Source: a virus (lineage: Duplodnaviria > Caudoviricetes). Taken from it: a stretch of 50,853 bases of DNA. The stretch is from IMG/VR virus record IMGVR_UViG_3300037468_000175, positions 1 to 50,853 of that record; one strand, given 5' to 3'. The notes below the pieces were generated by a model. That model was not told the DNA's origin, made no database searches, and was given only the letters and a program-made list of their open reading frames with translations. Shown here in pieces: positions 8,114-18,354 of this stretch (positions are counted from its first letter, which is position 1; every line of letters begins with the position of its first letter). The translations under genes and the position numbers were made by a program.

Positions 8114-11100
8114 ATGGCTGACAAAGTAATTTACACAGCCAACGACGAACCGAGAGACGTAATCGGGGTGGAGTTCGGCGACACTAAACAGACTGACTTT
8201 TATCCCCAATCCAAGGTGATGCGTTGGGATAATGAGGTCAATTTCAGCTTACGTTATGCTGATTCAGACCCTTCCGGTGCCGTTGTGAGTACCGGAGAAA
8301 AGACCGCGACCTACGTTGATGGGGATATTACCGTTAAGACCTACGATAAGCCGGAATTGGAGGAAGGTGGTACGGAGTTTGAGGTCATATTGGCCTCTGC
8401 CCCCGCGAGTAACATCATTCCTTTTACGGTCCGTAGCAAGAGTGTTAGCGTAGCCCAAAACTTACCCTTCACCGAACAGGATTTGACCAACCAACCGTTT
8501 TACACCGAAGATTTGGTAATCACGGAGAATGAGGTCAAGGGTCAGGATGATTTTGTCCACCTTTCAATGGCCCCAGAAGCGGTCAACAGTTACGTTCTCT
8601 ACCATAACGGCAATCCCATCAATTACGAAGGTGGGACACTTTACAAAACCGGCAAGTTCCTAACCCTTTACCGCCCCAAAGCGGTTGACGACAACGGCGT
8701 AGAAACGTGGTGCGACCACGTCTTGGATTTAGAGGCAGAGACTTACACCATTATCGTACCCCAATCATTCCTCGATACGGCGGCTTATCCGGTCACCATT
8801 GACCCCACGATGGGGAACACTGGGATTGGGGTCAACACAATGTTTGTTGGTGGTGGCGAGAATCGCGGGATAACAGTTATCCCTCCGGTCAATGCTCGTG
8901 TCGCCAGTTACTCTTTCTATCTATCAGCCATAACTAATAATGACACTACTCGGGCATCCTTATGGGCTAATTGCGGAAATGCTTCGGCGTTAGAAACATT
9001 AGTTACTGGAACTGATGATGCTAACCCAGGTTGGATTACCCGTACATCGGTTGTGAAACCGCACTTACAAGCTGGTGTTCAGTATATTTACGCTTGTGGC
9101 TATGACCAGGTTGACGGAGTGGCTAATACGGCTATATTTTGGGATGCAATGCCTGGAGGTAGCGGGTTGTATTCATATAGGGGTGGGGGAATTGCCCCTA
9201 CTTGGTTTACTTATCAAAGCGGGATATATTTTTCAATGTATCTCACCTACTCCGAGGTTTACCATAACGGCTACGGCTATAGGCGCACCATCTCTACCGA
9301 TCCCACCAAGGTTGATGCCGACCTAACCAATTACCCGATGTTAGTCAGCGGAACTTACGCCTACCTCAAGACCGTGGCCAACGGGGGATTAGTGGAACAC
9401 GCCAGTGGGTTTGATATCCGGTTTGAAACGACTGACGGCATTAAGCTAGACCACGAGATTGAGTCTTGGGACGCCACGACCGGGGCGATTGTCGCCTGGG
9501 TGCGCCTGCCGTCCGTCAGCAACACCGTAAGTACCCAATTTTACCTTTACTACGGCAAGACAGGGATGACGGTTACCGAAGCCAATCCGACTGGAGTCTG
9601 GTCATCAACGTATAAGGCGGTATGGCATTTGAATACACTTAGCGATAGTACGAGCAATGCTAACACCATAACCAATTATGGGGTCACCTTAAATGTGGCT
9701 GGGGGTAAGATTGGCAATGCTGCAGACTTTGAAACATCCGAAACCGATTATATGGAGGTAGCGGATAGTGCTTCACTTGATACGATCGGGGCTTTCACAA
9801 TCAGTTGTTGGGTTAAGGCAGAAACTACTGCCTATGGCGGGTTATATTACAAGGGACTTGCCCAACAATGGGAGGGTGCGGTTACCAAAACGATTGATTT
9901 TGGCTTTTTCCCGGGTAATTTTGTTATAGGAATTGCCAATGGCGCTACTAACTATGCGGGCAAAACCTCTGGATTTGGACCGACGGTAGGTACTTGGTAT
10001 CATTTTGTAGCTACTTGGGATGGACTCAGTAACGCGGGGCTTAACCTTTATGTTAACGGGGTCAAGTCGACTGTACCTTTGGTTGAAGATGTCGGAAATG
10101 TAACCGCAATTCCCGCCAATACTTACACAGTTATATTGGGAGGCCAAAATAAGGCCGGGGGAACTCAGTATCGTTTAGATGGCTTATTAGAGGAGTTAAG
10201 ACTCCAATGGACAGAGAGGCCGGAGGCGTGGGTTAAGACCGAGTATAACAACCAAAACGACCCAAGCACCTTCTACACCGTCGGTTCGCAGGAGACCCCG
10301 GTCGAGGTTGCCGGCAGTTACTCTTGGAGGCGTAAAATTACCATCAACAGTAGCCAAGTAGCGGCTACCGCCACTAACTTTGCTGTTTGGTTTTCAACTA
10401 CACAGAACTCATTGAAATCAGTCGCCAACGGAGGGAACGTAGTTTATGCCGATGGACGGGACATTATCTTCTCCTCAACCGATGACCCTACCGGAACTAG
10501 CCGGATGGACTTTGAAAAGATTTACTACGACCCAGTTCTAGGCACATTCAAAGCGTGGGTACGAGTACCTTCGTTAAGTTCCTCGGTCAATACAATTATA
10601 TGGTTGTTCTATGGCAACTCTACCCTACTCCATATAAAGCAAAACCAGCGTAAGACCTGGATGGGGTATCAAGAGGTGTTTCATATGGATGTTGCCCCCA
10701 CCTATACCATTGGCGGGGCAAGGGAAGATGGACAATTAGCCGCAGCCAGGGGCGGTCAAACCAGTGGCACGGAAACGCCTGTATTAGACACGGTCAATTA
10801 CAAACTGCACAATTCCTGGGACTTCAATGGCAGTAATCGGCGGGTGTTTATAATGGACACGTTCTTCAACAGTACGCCTACTCCCGTTACCGTGACCGCC
10901 TGGGTGCGTACTGCAATAAACAATGTAGCGCAAAGTGTTTACACTAAGGGGATAAATGCTATCGGCGGCACGGATTATCACGACTTTGGGGTTACTAATA
11001 CCAATAGACTCCGAATACGGGCTAATGGTGCTGACCAACTAACAGGTACAACTGTCTTATCTATCAATACCTGGCATTACGTGGTCTTTGTCTTGGGGAA

Positions 11101-11404
11101 CACAGGCATTTACTCGATATATTTGAATGGGGTATTGGATGGCACCGACACAGGTAATCCCACCTCTTGGTCATTGGATGCCGATAAAGAGGTTACTTTC
11201 GGGACTAAGCAGAACAACAATAATAACTGGAGAGGTCAAATGGAGGAAGTCCGTTGGTACTTCGGTGTATTACCAGGGACTTTTATTCAAACTGAATATA
11301 ACAACCAAAATAGCCCAAATACGTTCTACACCCTTGGCGACCACGAACCTGGAGCCGGAGGCGGTGGTTGGGTGATATTCGGTGACGAAGGACTAATAGC
11401 GTAG
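8114..11404 (+). CDS. Large adhesin/fibre with two tandem DUF2341 + LamG (ConA-like) modules
   Basis: Twice DIRF/DIIF...W....AWVR.PS.S....T..YLYYG, followed by FTISCWVK/W.H.V..../LY.NG/G.LEELR...TEYNNQN.P.TFY. Confidence 0.85.
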   Translation: MADKVIYTANDEPRDVIGVEFGDTKQTDFYPQSKVMRWDNEVNFSLRYADSDPSGAVVSTGEKTATYVDGDITVKTYDKPELEEGGTEFEVILASAPASNIIPFTVRSKSVSVAQNLPFTEQDLTNQPFYTEDLVITENEVKGQDDFVHLSMAPEAVNSYVLYHNGNPINYEGGTLYKTGKFLTLYRPKAVDDNGVETWCDHVLDLEAETYTIIVPQSFLDTAAYPVTIDPTMGNTGIGVNTMFVGGGENRGITVIPPVNARVASYSFYLSAITNNDTTRASLWANCGNASALETLVTGTDDANPGWITRTSVVKPHLQAGVQYIYACGYDQVDGVANTAIFWDAMPGGSGLYSYRGGGIAPTWFTYQSGIYFSMYLTYSEVYHNGYGYRRTISTDPTKVDADLTNYPMLVSGTYAYLKTVANGGLVEHASGFDIRFETTDGIKLDHEIESWDATTGAIVAWVRLPSVSNTVSTQFYLYYGKTGMTVTEANPTGVWSSTYKAVWHLNTLSDSTSNANTITNYGVTLNVAGGKIGNAADFETSETDYMEVADSASLDTIGAFTISCWVKAETTAYGGLYYKGLAQQWEGAVTKTIDFGFFPGNFVIGIANGATNYAGKTSGFGPTVGTWYHFVATWDGLSNAGLNLYVNGVKSTVPLVEDVGNVTAIPANTYTVILGGQNKAGGTQYRLDGLLEELRLQWTERPEAWVKTEYNNQNDPSTFYTVGSQETPVEVAGSYSWRRKITINSSQVAATATNFAVWFSTTQNSLKSVANGGNVVYADGRDIIFSSTDDPTGTSRMDFEKIYYDPVLGTFKAWVRVPSLSSSVNTIIWLFYGNSTLLHIKQNQRKTWMGYQEVFHMDVAPTYTIGGAREDGQLAAARGGQTSGTETPVLDTVNYKLHNSWDFNGSNRRVFIMDTFFNSTPTPVTVTAWVRTAINNVAQSVYTKGINAIGGTDYHDFGVTNTNRLRIRANGADQLTGTTVLSINTWHYVVFVLGNTGIYSIYLNGVLDGTDTGNPTSWSLDADKEVTFGTKQNNNNNWRGQMEEVRWYFGVLPGTFIQTEYNNQNSPNTFYTLGDHEPGAGGGGWVIFGDEGLIA

Positions 11405-11411
11405 GAGGATT

Positions 11412-12146
11412 ATGGCGAAAACATTAGCGTATTTAAGAAACCAAACCCGCACTTACTTGGATGAGTCCACCCAAGCCGACTTTACCGATGCCGAAGTGGA
11501 CCGGGAGATAAACAACGGCTACCACAAAGTCGTAACGGCGGTATTTGAGACTTACGAGGACTTTTACCTGGACACCTTCCTAATGGACTCGGTGGCTGGA
11601 CAACAGGAGTACGATTCAACTGACGGATTACCAGATACCCTATTCAAAATTAGGCGTATTGAAATCAATTACAACCCCTCGACTACGAAGCGGGTAGTAG
11701 CCAAACCAGTCCAACTTGACGAAATCCCTACCGATATTAGCAATACTAACCCCAACATTACCGCCTTCCACGCCCCGGTATGGTATTTGATGGGGATTGG
11801 TTCTGGTAACGAACGTATTGGCTTCATTCCCGTACCTACCGAGAACATTACTGACGCCATTAAGGTGTGGTACGTCTACCAAGTTGAAGATTTAGTCCTA
11901 TCCGCAGACCTCGTGGTGATACCTTATCCTGATAGGTATGCCCAGAGCATATCTCGATATGCCGCTGGTGTCCTAATGAGCAAGGGTCAACAGGAGGAAC
12001 GGGTAGGATTGGTGTATATCGAGTCATTCGAGAAAGATATGCGCCAAATGCAACAACAGTTAGAGGACCGGAGAGCCCAATGGGTCAAGACGGTGGTAGA
12101 TACCGCTGGTCAAGACGTAGATTTTAGTAGTGCTGGACTAATGTAA
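11412..12146 (+). CDS. Head-tail adaptor protein
   Basis: TL..LRNQTR.YLDE.....F.D.E.DR.IN pattern; GFIPVP; genomic position. Confidence 0.7.
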   Translation: MAKTLAYLRNQTRTYLDESTQADFTDAEVDREINNGYHKVVTAVFETYEDFYLDTFLMDSVAGQQEYDSTDGLPDTLFKIRRIEINYNPSTTKRVVAKPVQLDEIPTDISNTNPNITAFHAPVWYLMGIGSGNERIGFIPVPTENITDAIKVWYVYQVEDLVLSADLVVIPYPDRYAQSISRYAAGVLMSKGQQEERVGLVYIESFEKDMRQMQQQLEDRRAQWVKTVVDTAGQDVDFSSAGLM

Positions 12147-13669
12147 TGCAAAACTTAAAGCGAATTATTGAACGCAACTTCTATCTGGGGTACAACAACC
12201 GCGATAAGCCGGAAGACCTGCGGAATACCAAGGATGGGGTAGTGTATATGGCCTTAGTCCAGAATGGTTTATGTGACGAAGGCAAGATAATCAAGCGTGA
12301 CGGATACGACCAGATAGGTAACGTGACTTTCGCTTCTAAGGTATGGGGCCAAGACCGCCACGAACCGTACGGAGGTTCAAAATATATCCTGCGGGCGATT
12401 GATAATGGGCCAAACATTCAGATAGAGGGTTGGTCGGGGTCGGGTAACTTCGTGGCCCTTACCGGAGCGACTACAATGACCCAAAACAACGAGGTTAACT
12501 TCGCAATGGCAAATAACGCTACTTACATATTCAATGGCGTAGATACGGTTCTCAAAACGACTAACGGTACGAGTGCCACAGCCGTAGCCACCATTCCCGT
12601 CGGGAAAGACGGGGTGTGGTTTCACAACTACTTCTTCATATTCGGGGTCGCCAGCAATCCAGACCGCCTTTACTTCTCCAACATTGGTGCCCCGGAAACA
12701 TTCACCGCCTTAACGGGATACCTGGACATTAACCCAGGAGATAATGAACCGATAATCGCCCTTAGTGTCTTAAAGGATGAATTGCTTATCATCAAGCCGT
12801 CACGCCATTGGAGTCTGACAGGGTTCGGTACGACCGACTTTACTCTAGATGACTTGGGGGAACGTGGAACTAATATCGGTACGAGGTCGCACCGTTCGGT
12901 AGTCTCGGTAGGCAACGATGTTTATTATTTGTCCTATCGGGGGTCAGTACCCCACTTCCGGTCAATCAGGAAGACTGAGGACGGCCAAATCGTTGATGGT
13001 GGCCTTATCTCCGATACCATTACAGGCACAATGAAAACACTTAACCTCTCCCAGATTGAAAAGGTAGCCGGGGAGTTTGATGGCCGGAGAGTCTGGTGGG
13101 CTATTCCTACCGGTACGGCTACGGAAAACAACACAGTCGTAGTCCACGATACCAGTACTAAGGGATGGGTAGTAATGACGGGAATTAACGCCTCGGTCAT
13201 TCATATCTCCAGTATTGCTGGTACTACAGACCTCTATTTCGGCAGTTCGGAAGCCGACGGTAAGTCACATAAACTTAACTCCGGTAAGGATGATGACGGT
13301 GATGCTATAGACTTTGTGGTCAAAACACCCCTGTATAATCCCCAACCCGCCTACGAGTCCAGGTACAAATACCTTTACGTCACCGGGGAATCATCTGACG
13401 CTGACCTAGACGTATATGTATCAAAGGACGGGTTCACCGAGGATTACCTGACCACTATCAGTATGGTGGGGTTGGGTGCCAAGTTCGGTTACGCCACTTT
13501 CGGCTACAGCAAGTTCGGCGATACTACCATAGCCAAGAAGCGTATCAATTATGCAGGTGGTAACGCATACTATATGCAATACATATTCAAAAACAATGCC
13601 GCTAACGAAGATATAACCCTTCGGGAGTGGGACATATTCTATTACGACAAAGGACTAAGAGAAATATAA
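12146..13669 (+). CDS. Tail nozzle / packaged-DNA stabilisation protein (beta-propeller)
   Basis: G.NN.D.P, KR.GY, RLYFS...PE motifs; follows the adaptor. Confidence 0.7.
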   Translation: MQNLKRIIERNFYLGYNNRDKPEDLRNTKDGVVYMALVQNGLCDEGKIIKRDGYDQIGNVTFASKVWGQDRHEPYGGSKYILRAIDNGPNIQIEGWSGSGNFVALTGATTMTQNNEVNFAMANNATYIFNGVDTVLKTTNGTSATAVATIPVGKDGVWFHNYFFIFGVASNPDRLYFSNIGAPETFTALTGYLDINPGDNEPIIALSVLKDELLIIKPSRHWSLTGFGTTDFTLDDLGERGTNIGTRSHRSVVSVGNDVYYLSYRGSVPHFRSIRKTEDGQIVDGGLISDTITGTMKTLNLSQIEKVAGEFDGRRVWWAIPTGTATENNTVVVHDTSTKGWVVMTGINASVIHISSIAGTTDLYFGSSEADGKSHKLNSGKDDDGDAIDFVVKTPLYNPQPAYESRYKYLYVTGESSDADLDVYVSKDGFTEDYLTTISMVGLGAKFGYATFGYSKFGDTTIAKKRINYAGGNAYYMQYIFKNNAANEDITLREWDIFYYDKGLREI

Positions 13670-13678
13670 GGAGGACTT

Positions 13679-14278
13679 ATGGCATTTATTAGCCAACAAT
13701 ACGTCGCCATAACGGGGGCTACCCTGACCGCCTCCATCTGGAATGACGAGTTTACCAATTTGATTAACGCCTTTAACGGGGGGATTGATAATGCCAATAT
13801 CGCCTCGGCTGCAGGCATTGCTTATTCTAAACTAGCTCTAACGGGGGCAGTCCTCAACGCTGACTTAGCAGGGAGTATAGCCGCTTCAAAAATAACCGAT
13901 ACAGCGGTCACTTTAACTGCTTCCCAAACACTGACTAATAAGACACTTACCGGGGCAGTAGCCAACGCTACGGTTCACCCGATTACTACAGTGACCTACG
14001 CTGGCTCGTTAGTCTTTGACGGTGATATAAGCAACCATTTCATTTGCACCTTAACTGGTAGCCCGATTATTACCTTCCAAGACTTTGAGGACGGCCAATG
14101 CTGGATTATTCACCTTAAGCAAGACGGTTCAGGCAACCATACCGTTACTTGGCCGACTACCAGATGGGCAGGAGGGGTAACGCCTACCCTAACTACAACG
14201 GGGAATAAGATTGACACCCTCGGATTCATCAAGAACGGGGCAGATTATTACGGTTACGTTATCGGAAAGAATATCTAA
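13679..14278 (+). CDS. Short tail fibre/spike protein
   Basis: N-terminal NDEF.NL anchor; QTLTNKTL; QDGSGNHTVTWP..WAGG.TPTLTT...D C-terminal domain. Confidence 0.7.
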   Translation: MAFISQQYVAITGATLTASIWNDEFTNLINAFNGGIDNANIASAAGIAYSKLALTGAVLNADLAGSIAASKITDTAVTLTASQTLTNKTLTGAVANATVHPITTVTYAGSLVFDGDISNHFICTLTGSPIITFQDFEDGQCWIIHLKQDGSGNHTVTWPTTRWAGGVTPTLTTTGNKIDTLGFIKNGADYYGYVIGKNI

Positions 14279-15603
14279 TGCCGTTCAATTACAAAGTTGG
14301 TAACTTCCAACTAAATACCGTCACAGGCAACCAAGCCATTACCGGAGTGGGGTTTCAACCCAAGGCCATCCTGTTCTTCCACAACTCGGCTACGGTAGAT
14401 GTGGGAGTACCCCAAATTGCTAACCATTACGGGATGGTAGGAATGACCGATGGAACGACCCACCGTTCGGTATGGTGGTTTGAGCCAAACGGCAATGCCG
14501 GACTGGAATCAACGGGATATATTCAAAGTTCTTATCCTATTTGCGGAGGTAATAACCTGTCACCGACTACTTGGTATGCCAATTTAGTTTCCCTTGATGG
14601 CGATGGTTTCACGATTAACGTGACTACCGCCCCTCCAGATGTGTACCGAGTTGGTTATATGGCAATAGGCGGGGCTGATGTGACTGACGTATTTGTCGGG
14701 GAGTTTACGGGTACTTCCGGCTCTCAAGCCGTAACGGGGTTGGGTTTTATGCCTACCGGACTCATTATGACGGGGTTAGGCAGTACCGCTACCTTACTAA
14801 CCTCCGGCAATGCTTATTCTACTAACGCTCATTCCAAACACACCTTCGGGGTTAGTGACGGTACGTTCTCCAGATGTACCGGCTTAAACTTTAGGGATGC
14901 GGCTTTAGGCACTAAGATAAATGGCAAAACCCAGGAAAGTGCCATTGTGGCTTCGGCTAACCATACCGGAGCGAATACTTACGCCTACAAAGCCACCCTA
15001 ACCAGTTTTGACGTAGATGGCTTTACGGTTAACTGGACTGTAGCCGGTGGAGGCAAGTTATTCTTCCTGGCTTTCGCTGGACCACTAACCCAGGTGGGAT
15101 TCTTTACCAACCCCACTTCGACAGGCACGTTCATTCCTGTATCCGGCCTGGCCTTCCAACCAAACGCCCTGATTACTTTGTCCAGTTGCCAAACTACCTT
15201 CGGTAATATCGAGGGGAATAGTGAAGTAGCCAACGGCCCTGGTGCCGCCTATTCGTACGGCTTCGCCACTGACTCGATGGAACAATTCAACATTGAAGCC
15301 GCCAGTTTAGATTTTACCGCAGGGGCAACCTATTCTGGGTTCTACCAAAGCGAATTAGCAGTAATGACCAAGTTTCTTTACAATAACCGGAGTACTCTAC
15401 AGGAACAAATCGCCTTTGATAGTTTCGGTACGGATGACGTCACCTTAGATGCCCTGACAGTCTTGGGTGCGGGTACGAGCCAAGTCTCGTATATGGTTAT
15501 TGAAGGTGATGGCGGTGGACCGCCACCCGTTGACCCCACCGGAGGTTCGGGTGGCCCCGATAGTCCAGACAGTATATTTTTGCAAAGATTTATAGAGCTT
15601 TAG
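14278..15603 (+). CDS. Virion tail protein with three internal repeats
   Basis: Repeated Q..TG.GF.P.A and SFD.DGFT.N units. Confidence 0.6.
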   Translation: MPFNYKVGNFQLNTVTGNQAITGVGFQPKAILFFHNSATVDVGVPQIANHYGMVGMTDGTTHRSVWWFEPNGNAGLESTGYIQSSYPICGGNNLSPTTWYANLVSLDGDGFTINVTTAPPDVYRVGYMAIGGADVTDVFVGEFTGTSGSQAVTGLGFMPTGLIMTGLGSTATLLTSGNAYSTNAHSKHTFGVSDGTFSRCTGLNFRDAALGTKINGKTQESAIVASANHTGANTYAYKATLTSFDVDGFTVNWTVAGGGKLFFLAFAGPLTQVGFFTNPTSTGTFIPVSGLAFQPNALITLSSCQTTFGNIEGNSEVANGPGAAYSYGFATDSMEQFNIEAASLDFTAGATYSGFYQSELAVMTKFLYNNRSTLQEQIAFDSFGTDDVTLDALTVLGAGTSQVSYMVIEGDGGGPPPVDPTGGSGGPDSPDSIFLQRFIEL

Positions 15604-15610
15604 GAGGTTT

Positions 15611-16804
15611 ATGGCATTGTTAACTGACTTAGCCCAATCAACGGTCAAATCTGCTTCGGCTAAGTTACGCCAACCAGCAATTCAGATGCCGTACTTGCCG
15701 GATATTATTGCTAAACTCACGCCTTCCTGGGTACCTCAAGTAATGACCCCCAATGCTCCAGGGTATCTCGGTGCTGCCGGACAAATGGCGAAACAAGAGG
15801 AAGCCAGGTTGAAACACTTACAACAGCAAGCCATCACCCAGGAACAGCAACGCCAACAGATGAAGATGGCTGGCTTATATCCCTTAAATGAGGCAGAAGT
15901 CCAAGCCGGACAAGCCACCAATGCTTCGGTCCAACCGATTTACTATGACCCCAATACCGGACAATACTCTTATACCAAACAAGGGGCGCAGACAACTGCT
16001 GGAGGCGGTGGGGGCGGTGGTGGTGATGTCACCCACGGAACAACTGATGTTGGCGGTGGTGGGGGAACGGTGGCAGGGGCAACAATGCCAGAATACGATT
16101 ATGCCGTTGAAACAGACTTGGCTTACCGGACACTTCAAAACTTTTACAATAAACTACTAGACTTCTCCGGAGGGAGATTGGATTTAGCCAAACGTACGCT
16201 TGAATACATTTATCAGCAAGGTATAAGGGAAACCGCCCAGGAATACGAGCAATCACGTGCCGAACAAGAGTTGCTTTTCCCCAAGGAAACGGCCGAGGCA
16301 CAAACCGGACTTAACCGTAGAGGTGTCTACTTCTCCGGTTTTGGTAAGGAAGATATGGGAAGTGTCCAGAAATCGCAGGACATTAGGAAGTTAGCCGTAG
16401 AACGGGCTAAAGAGAACCGGGAATCAAGGTTAACCAGTGAACGTGATTTAGACCTGGAGAAGTCAACTGGTGCATTTGAGGAAGAAAAGTTCGGCCTGGA
16501 ACGCCAACGCCGACAGGAAGCCCAAGGAATGGCTCGTGATAAGTACGCTATTCAAGCTGAAAAGTACGGTGGTGAGTTAACCAAAGCCGTACAAGGTGAA
16601 GCCAGAGCCGCTTCTACCGCAGGTAATCAAGCCGCAGGTGGCGGGTCTACCGCAGGCGGTTCTACCAGCAACGACAAAACCCGTTTCCGGTCTTGGATGC
16701 AGACTACCGGAAAACAAAATGAGCTTGATGTCGCCACCAGAGGGTCAAAACAGGAGGGTGCCGACTTTTACGCCCTAATGAATAAATACAAAGGTCAATA
16801 CTAA
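15611..16804 (+). CDS. Putative internal virion (ejection) protein
   Basis: Q/G-rich, coiled coil, LNRRG..FSG motif; position after the tail genes. Confidence 0.55.
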   Translation: MALLTDLAQSTVKSASAKLRQPAIQMPYLPDIIAKLTPSWVPQVMTPNAPGYLGAAGQMAKQEEARLKHLQQQAITQEQQRQQMKMAGLYPLNEAEVQAGQATNASVQPIYYDPNTGQYSYTKQGAQTTAGGGGGGGGDVTHGTTDVGGGGGTVAGATMPEYDYAVETDLAYRTLQNFYNKLLDFSGGRLDLAKRTLEYIYQQGIRETAQEYEQSRAEQELLFPKETAEAQTGLNRRGVYFSGFGKEDMGSVQKSQDIRKLAVERAKENRESRLTSERDLDLEKSTGAFEEEKFGLERQRRQEAQGMARDKYAIQAEKYGGELTKAVQGEARAASTAGNQAAGGGSTAGGSTSNDKTRFRSWMQTTGKQNELDVATRGSKQEGADFYALMNKYKGQY

Positions 16805-16812
16805 GGAGGCGT

Positions 16813-18354
16813 ATGGCAGTCAGTACATTAGAAGCACAAGGGGCTATGGCTAACGCTAACCCTAACATTCTTTCGAACACTTATACCGGAGGGGCACAGC
16901 AAAACACTACTATGACCGCACCGCCTCCTAACGTACCGGATGAAACTCCGGAACTACCGCCTGGTTCAGAACAAGCGATGGGATTAGCCCAAGATACGGC
17001 TCAATCGTTATATGACCGAGGTTTTGTAAGTCAACAGGAAGGCCAACGGGAACAATCACTCAACGAATTAGCCGGATACGACCGAATGTTGAATGATGTG
17101 TACCAAGGCAAGTCATTTTTCCCCCAAACCGAGGGGTACGTGGACAATCCGGCAGATTTGACCGGGGGATTATCACGGATTGCCGGACTAACCGGAGGTG
17201 TTGCCAGTCAAACCGCTTCGGCCATTGATACTACCGAACGGTCTTACCAAATGGCGGTCAATTCGGTCTTAGACAGGTTCAACCAATTTGCGGCTATGCA
17301 GTTGGAACGAGAGAAATTAACTCAATCGGGTTCTGGTGGATTTGACATCAATAGTATTCTCTCCATTTTGACTAATAATGAGACTCAACAAGCTATGCCC
17401 GAAGAACCACAAGAAGAAATGTTAGGACCTGCAACCTTCGCTGGTGGTCAGCAGAACGTTCCTACTGCCACTCTAGCGTCTTCACAACCGAGGACGTTGG
17501 GTATCAGTACAGCCGAGACACCAATCGGTTTTCAAGCCAATACAATGGCTCTCCCAACACCTACAGGTCCAAGTCCAGTAATGACTGCACCTGCACCGAC
17601 TCAAGTTGGCTTCCAAGCCCAATCACCCTTAGCTGGTTTACCTACCACCCAACAATTTATGCAACCGGGGGCGGGCAATGTTGAAACTGGGTCAAATAAC
17701 CTCATTAAAGCCCTGCAAATGGCTAAGAATATGGACCAAGTGAATACTATTATCAAATTGAATGAGATTGTCCAGAAATCTAAAGGAACAGGAACGCTGT
17801 CGGAAGGCCAAATGACTTCGGCTAGCGATTTACGCCAAGAGTTCGGGAAGGCAAAGGCGATTGCCGACACAATGCTGGATGCTCACCAAGTAATCTTAAA
17901 TGCCGCACCTACCCACGCTGGAGATTTGGCCTCTATAACGGCCTTTATTAGGATGCTGACTAAGCGGTCAATCGTAACCGAAGCACAATCAGAAGCCGCA
18001 GGAGAAACCGATAGTTTATTGCAAGAAGCTCAACAGCAATATCAAAAATTAGTCGGAGGTGGGCGGTTATTACCGGAACAAAGGATACAATTAAAGGCAG
18101 AAACTAGTCGGATATTTGAGGAACAAATGACTCGCTTCCAAACTGCGGTGAACTATTATGCCAGTATTGCTCCGCAGTACGGAGTACAACCTTACTTAGT
18201 AGTAGGCAGTCAAGACCAATTAAGGCCATATTTTGAAAGGACTCCTCAAATGTCAGTTCAAGAACAAGGCCGTGAACCGATTGAAAACTTTATGGAGCAA
18301 CGCCCTTCACTATGGGAGTCAATCTCCAGAGGTTTGAAAGGAGGAATTGTCTAA
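16813..18354 (+). CDS. Putative ejection protein
   Basis: GDLASITAFIRML...SIVTEAQ resembles the GD..LI..Y.KMLDP.SVVRE.E ejection-protein motif. Confidence 0.55.
   Translation: MAVSTLEAQGAMANANPNILSNTYTGGAQQNTTMTAPPPNVPDETPELPPGSEQAMGLAQDTAQSLYDRGFVSQQEGQREQSLNELAGYDRMLNDVYQGKSFFPQTEGYVDNPADLTGGLSRIAGLTGGVASQTASAIDTTERSYQMAVNSVLDRFNQFAAMQLEREKLTQSGSGGFDINSILSILTNNETQQAMPEEPQEEMLGPATFAGGQQNVPTATLASSQPRTLGISTAETPIGFQANTMALPTPTGPSPVMTAPAPTQVGFQAQSPLAGLPTTQQFMQPGAGNVETGSNNLIKALQMAKNMDQVNTIIKLNEIVQKSKGTGTLSEGQMTSASDLRQEFGKAKAIADTMLDAHQVILNAAPTHAGDLASITAFIRMLTKRSIVTEAQSEAAGETDSLLQEAQQQYQKLVGGGRLLPEQRIQLKAETSRIFEEQMTRFQTAVNYYASIAPQYGVQPYLVVGSQDQLRPYFERTPQMSVQEQGREPIENFMEQRPSLWESISRGLKGGIV

Noticed and set aside
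8114-15603. Diversity-generating retroelement acting on the fibre genes
   Set aside because: No reverse transcriptase and no TR/VR pair seen; the internal repeats are ordinary domain duplications
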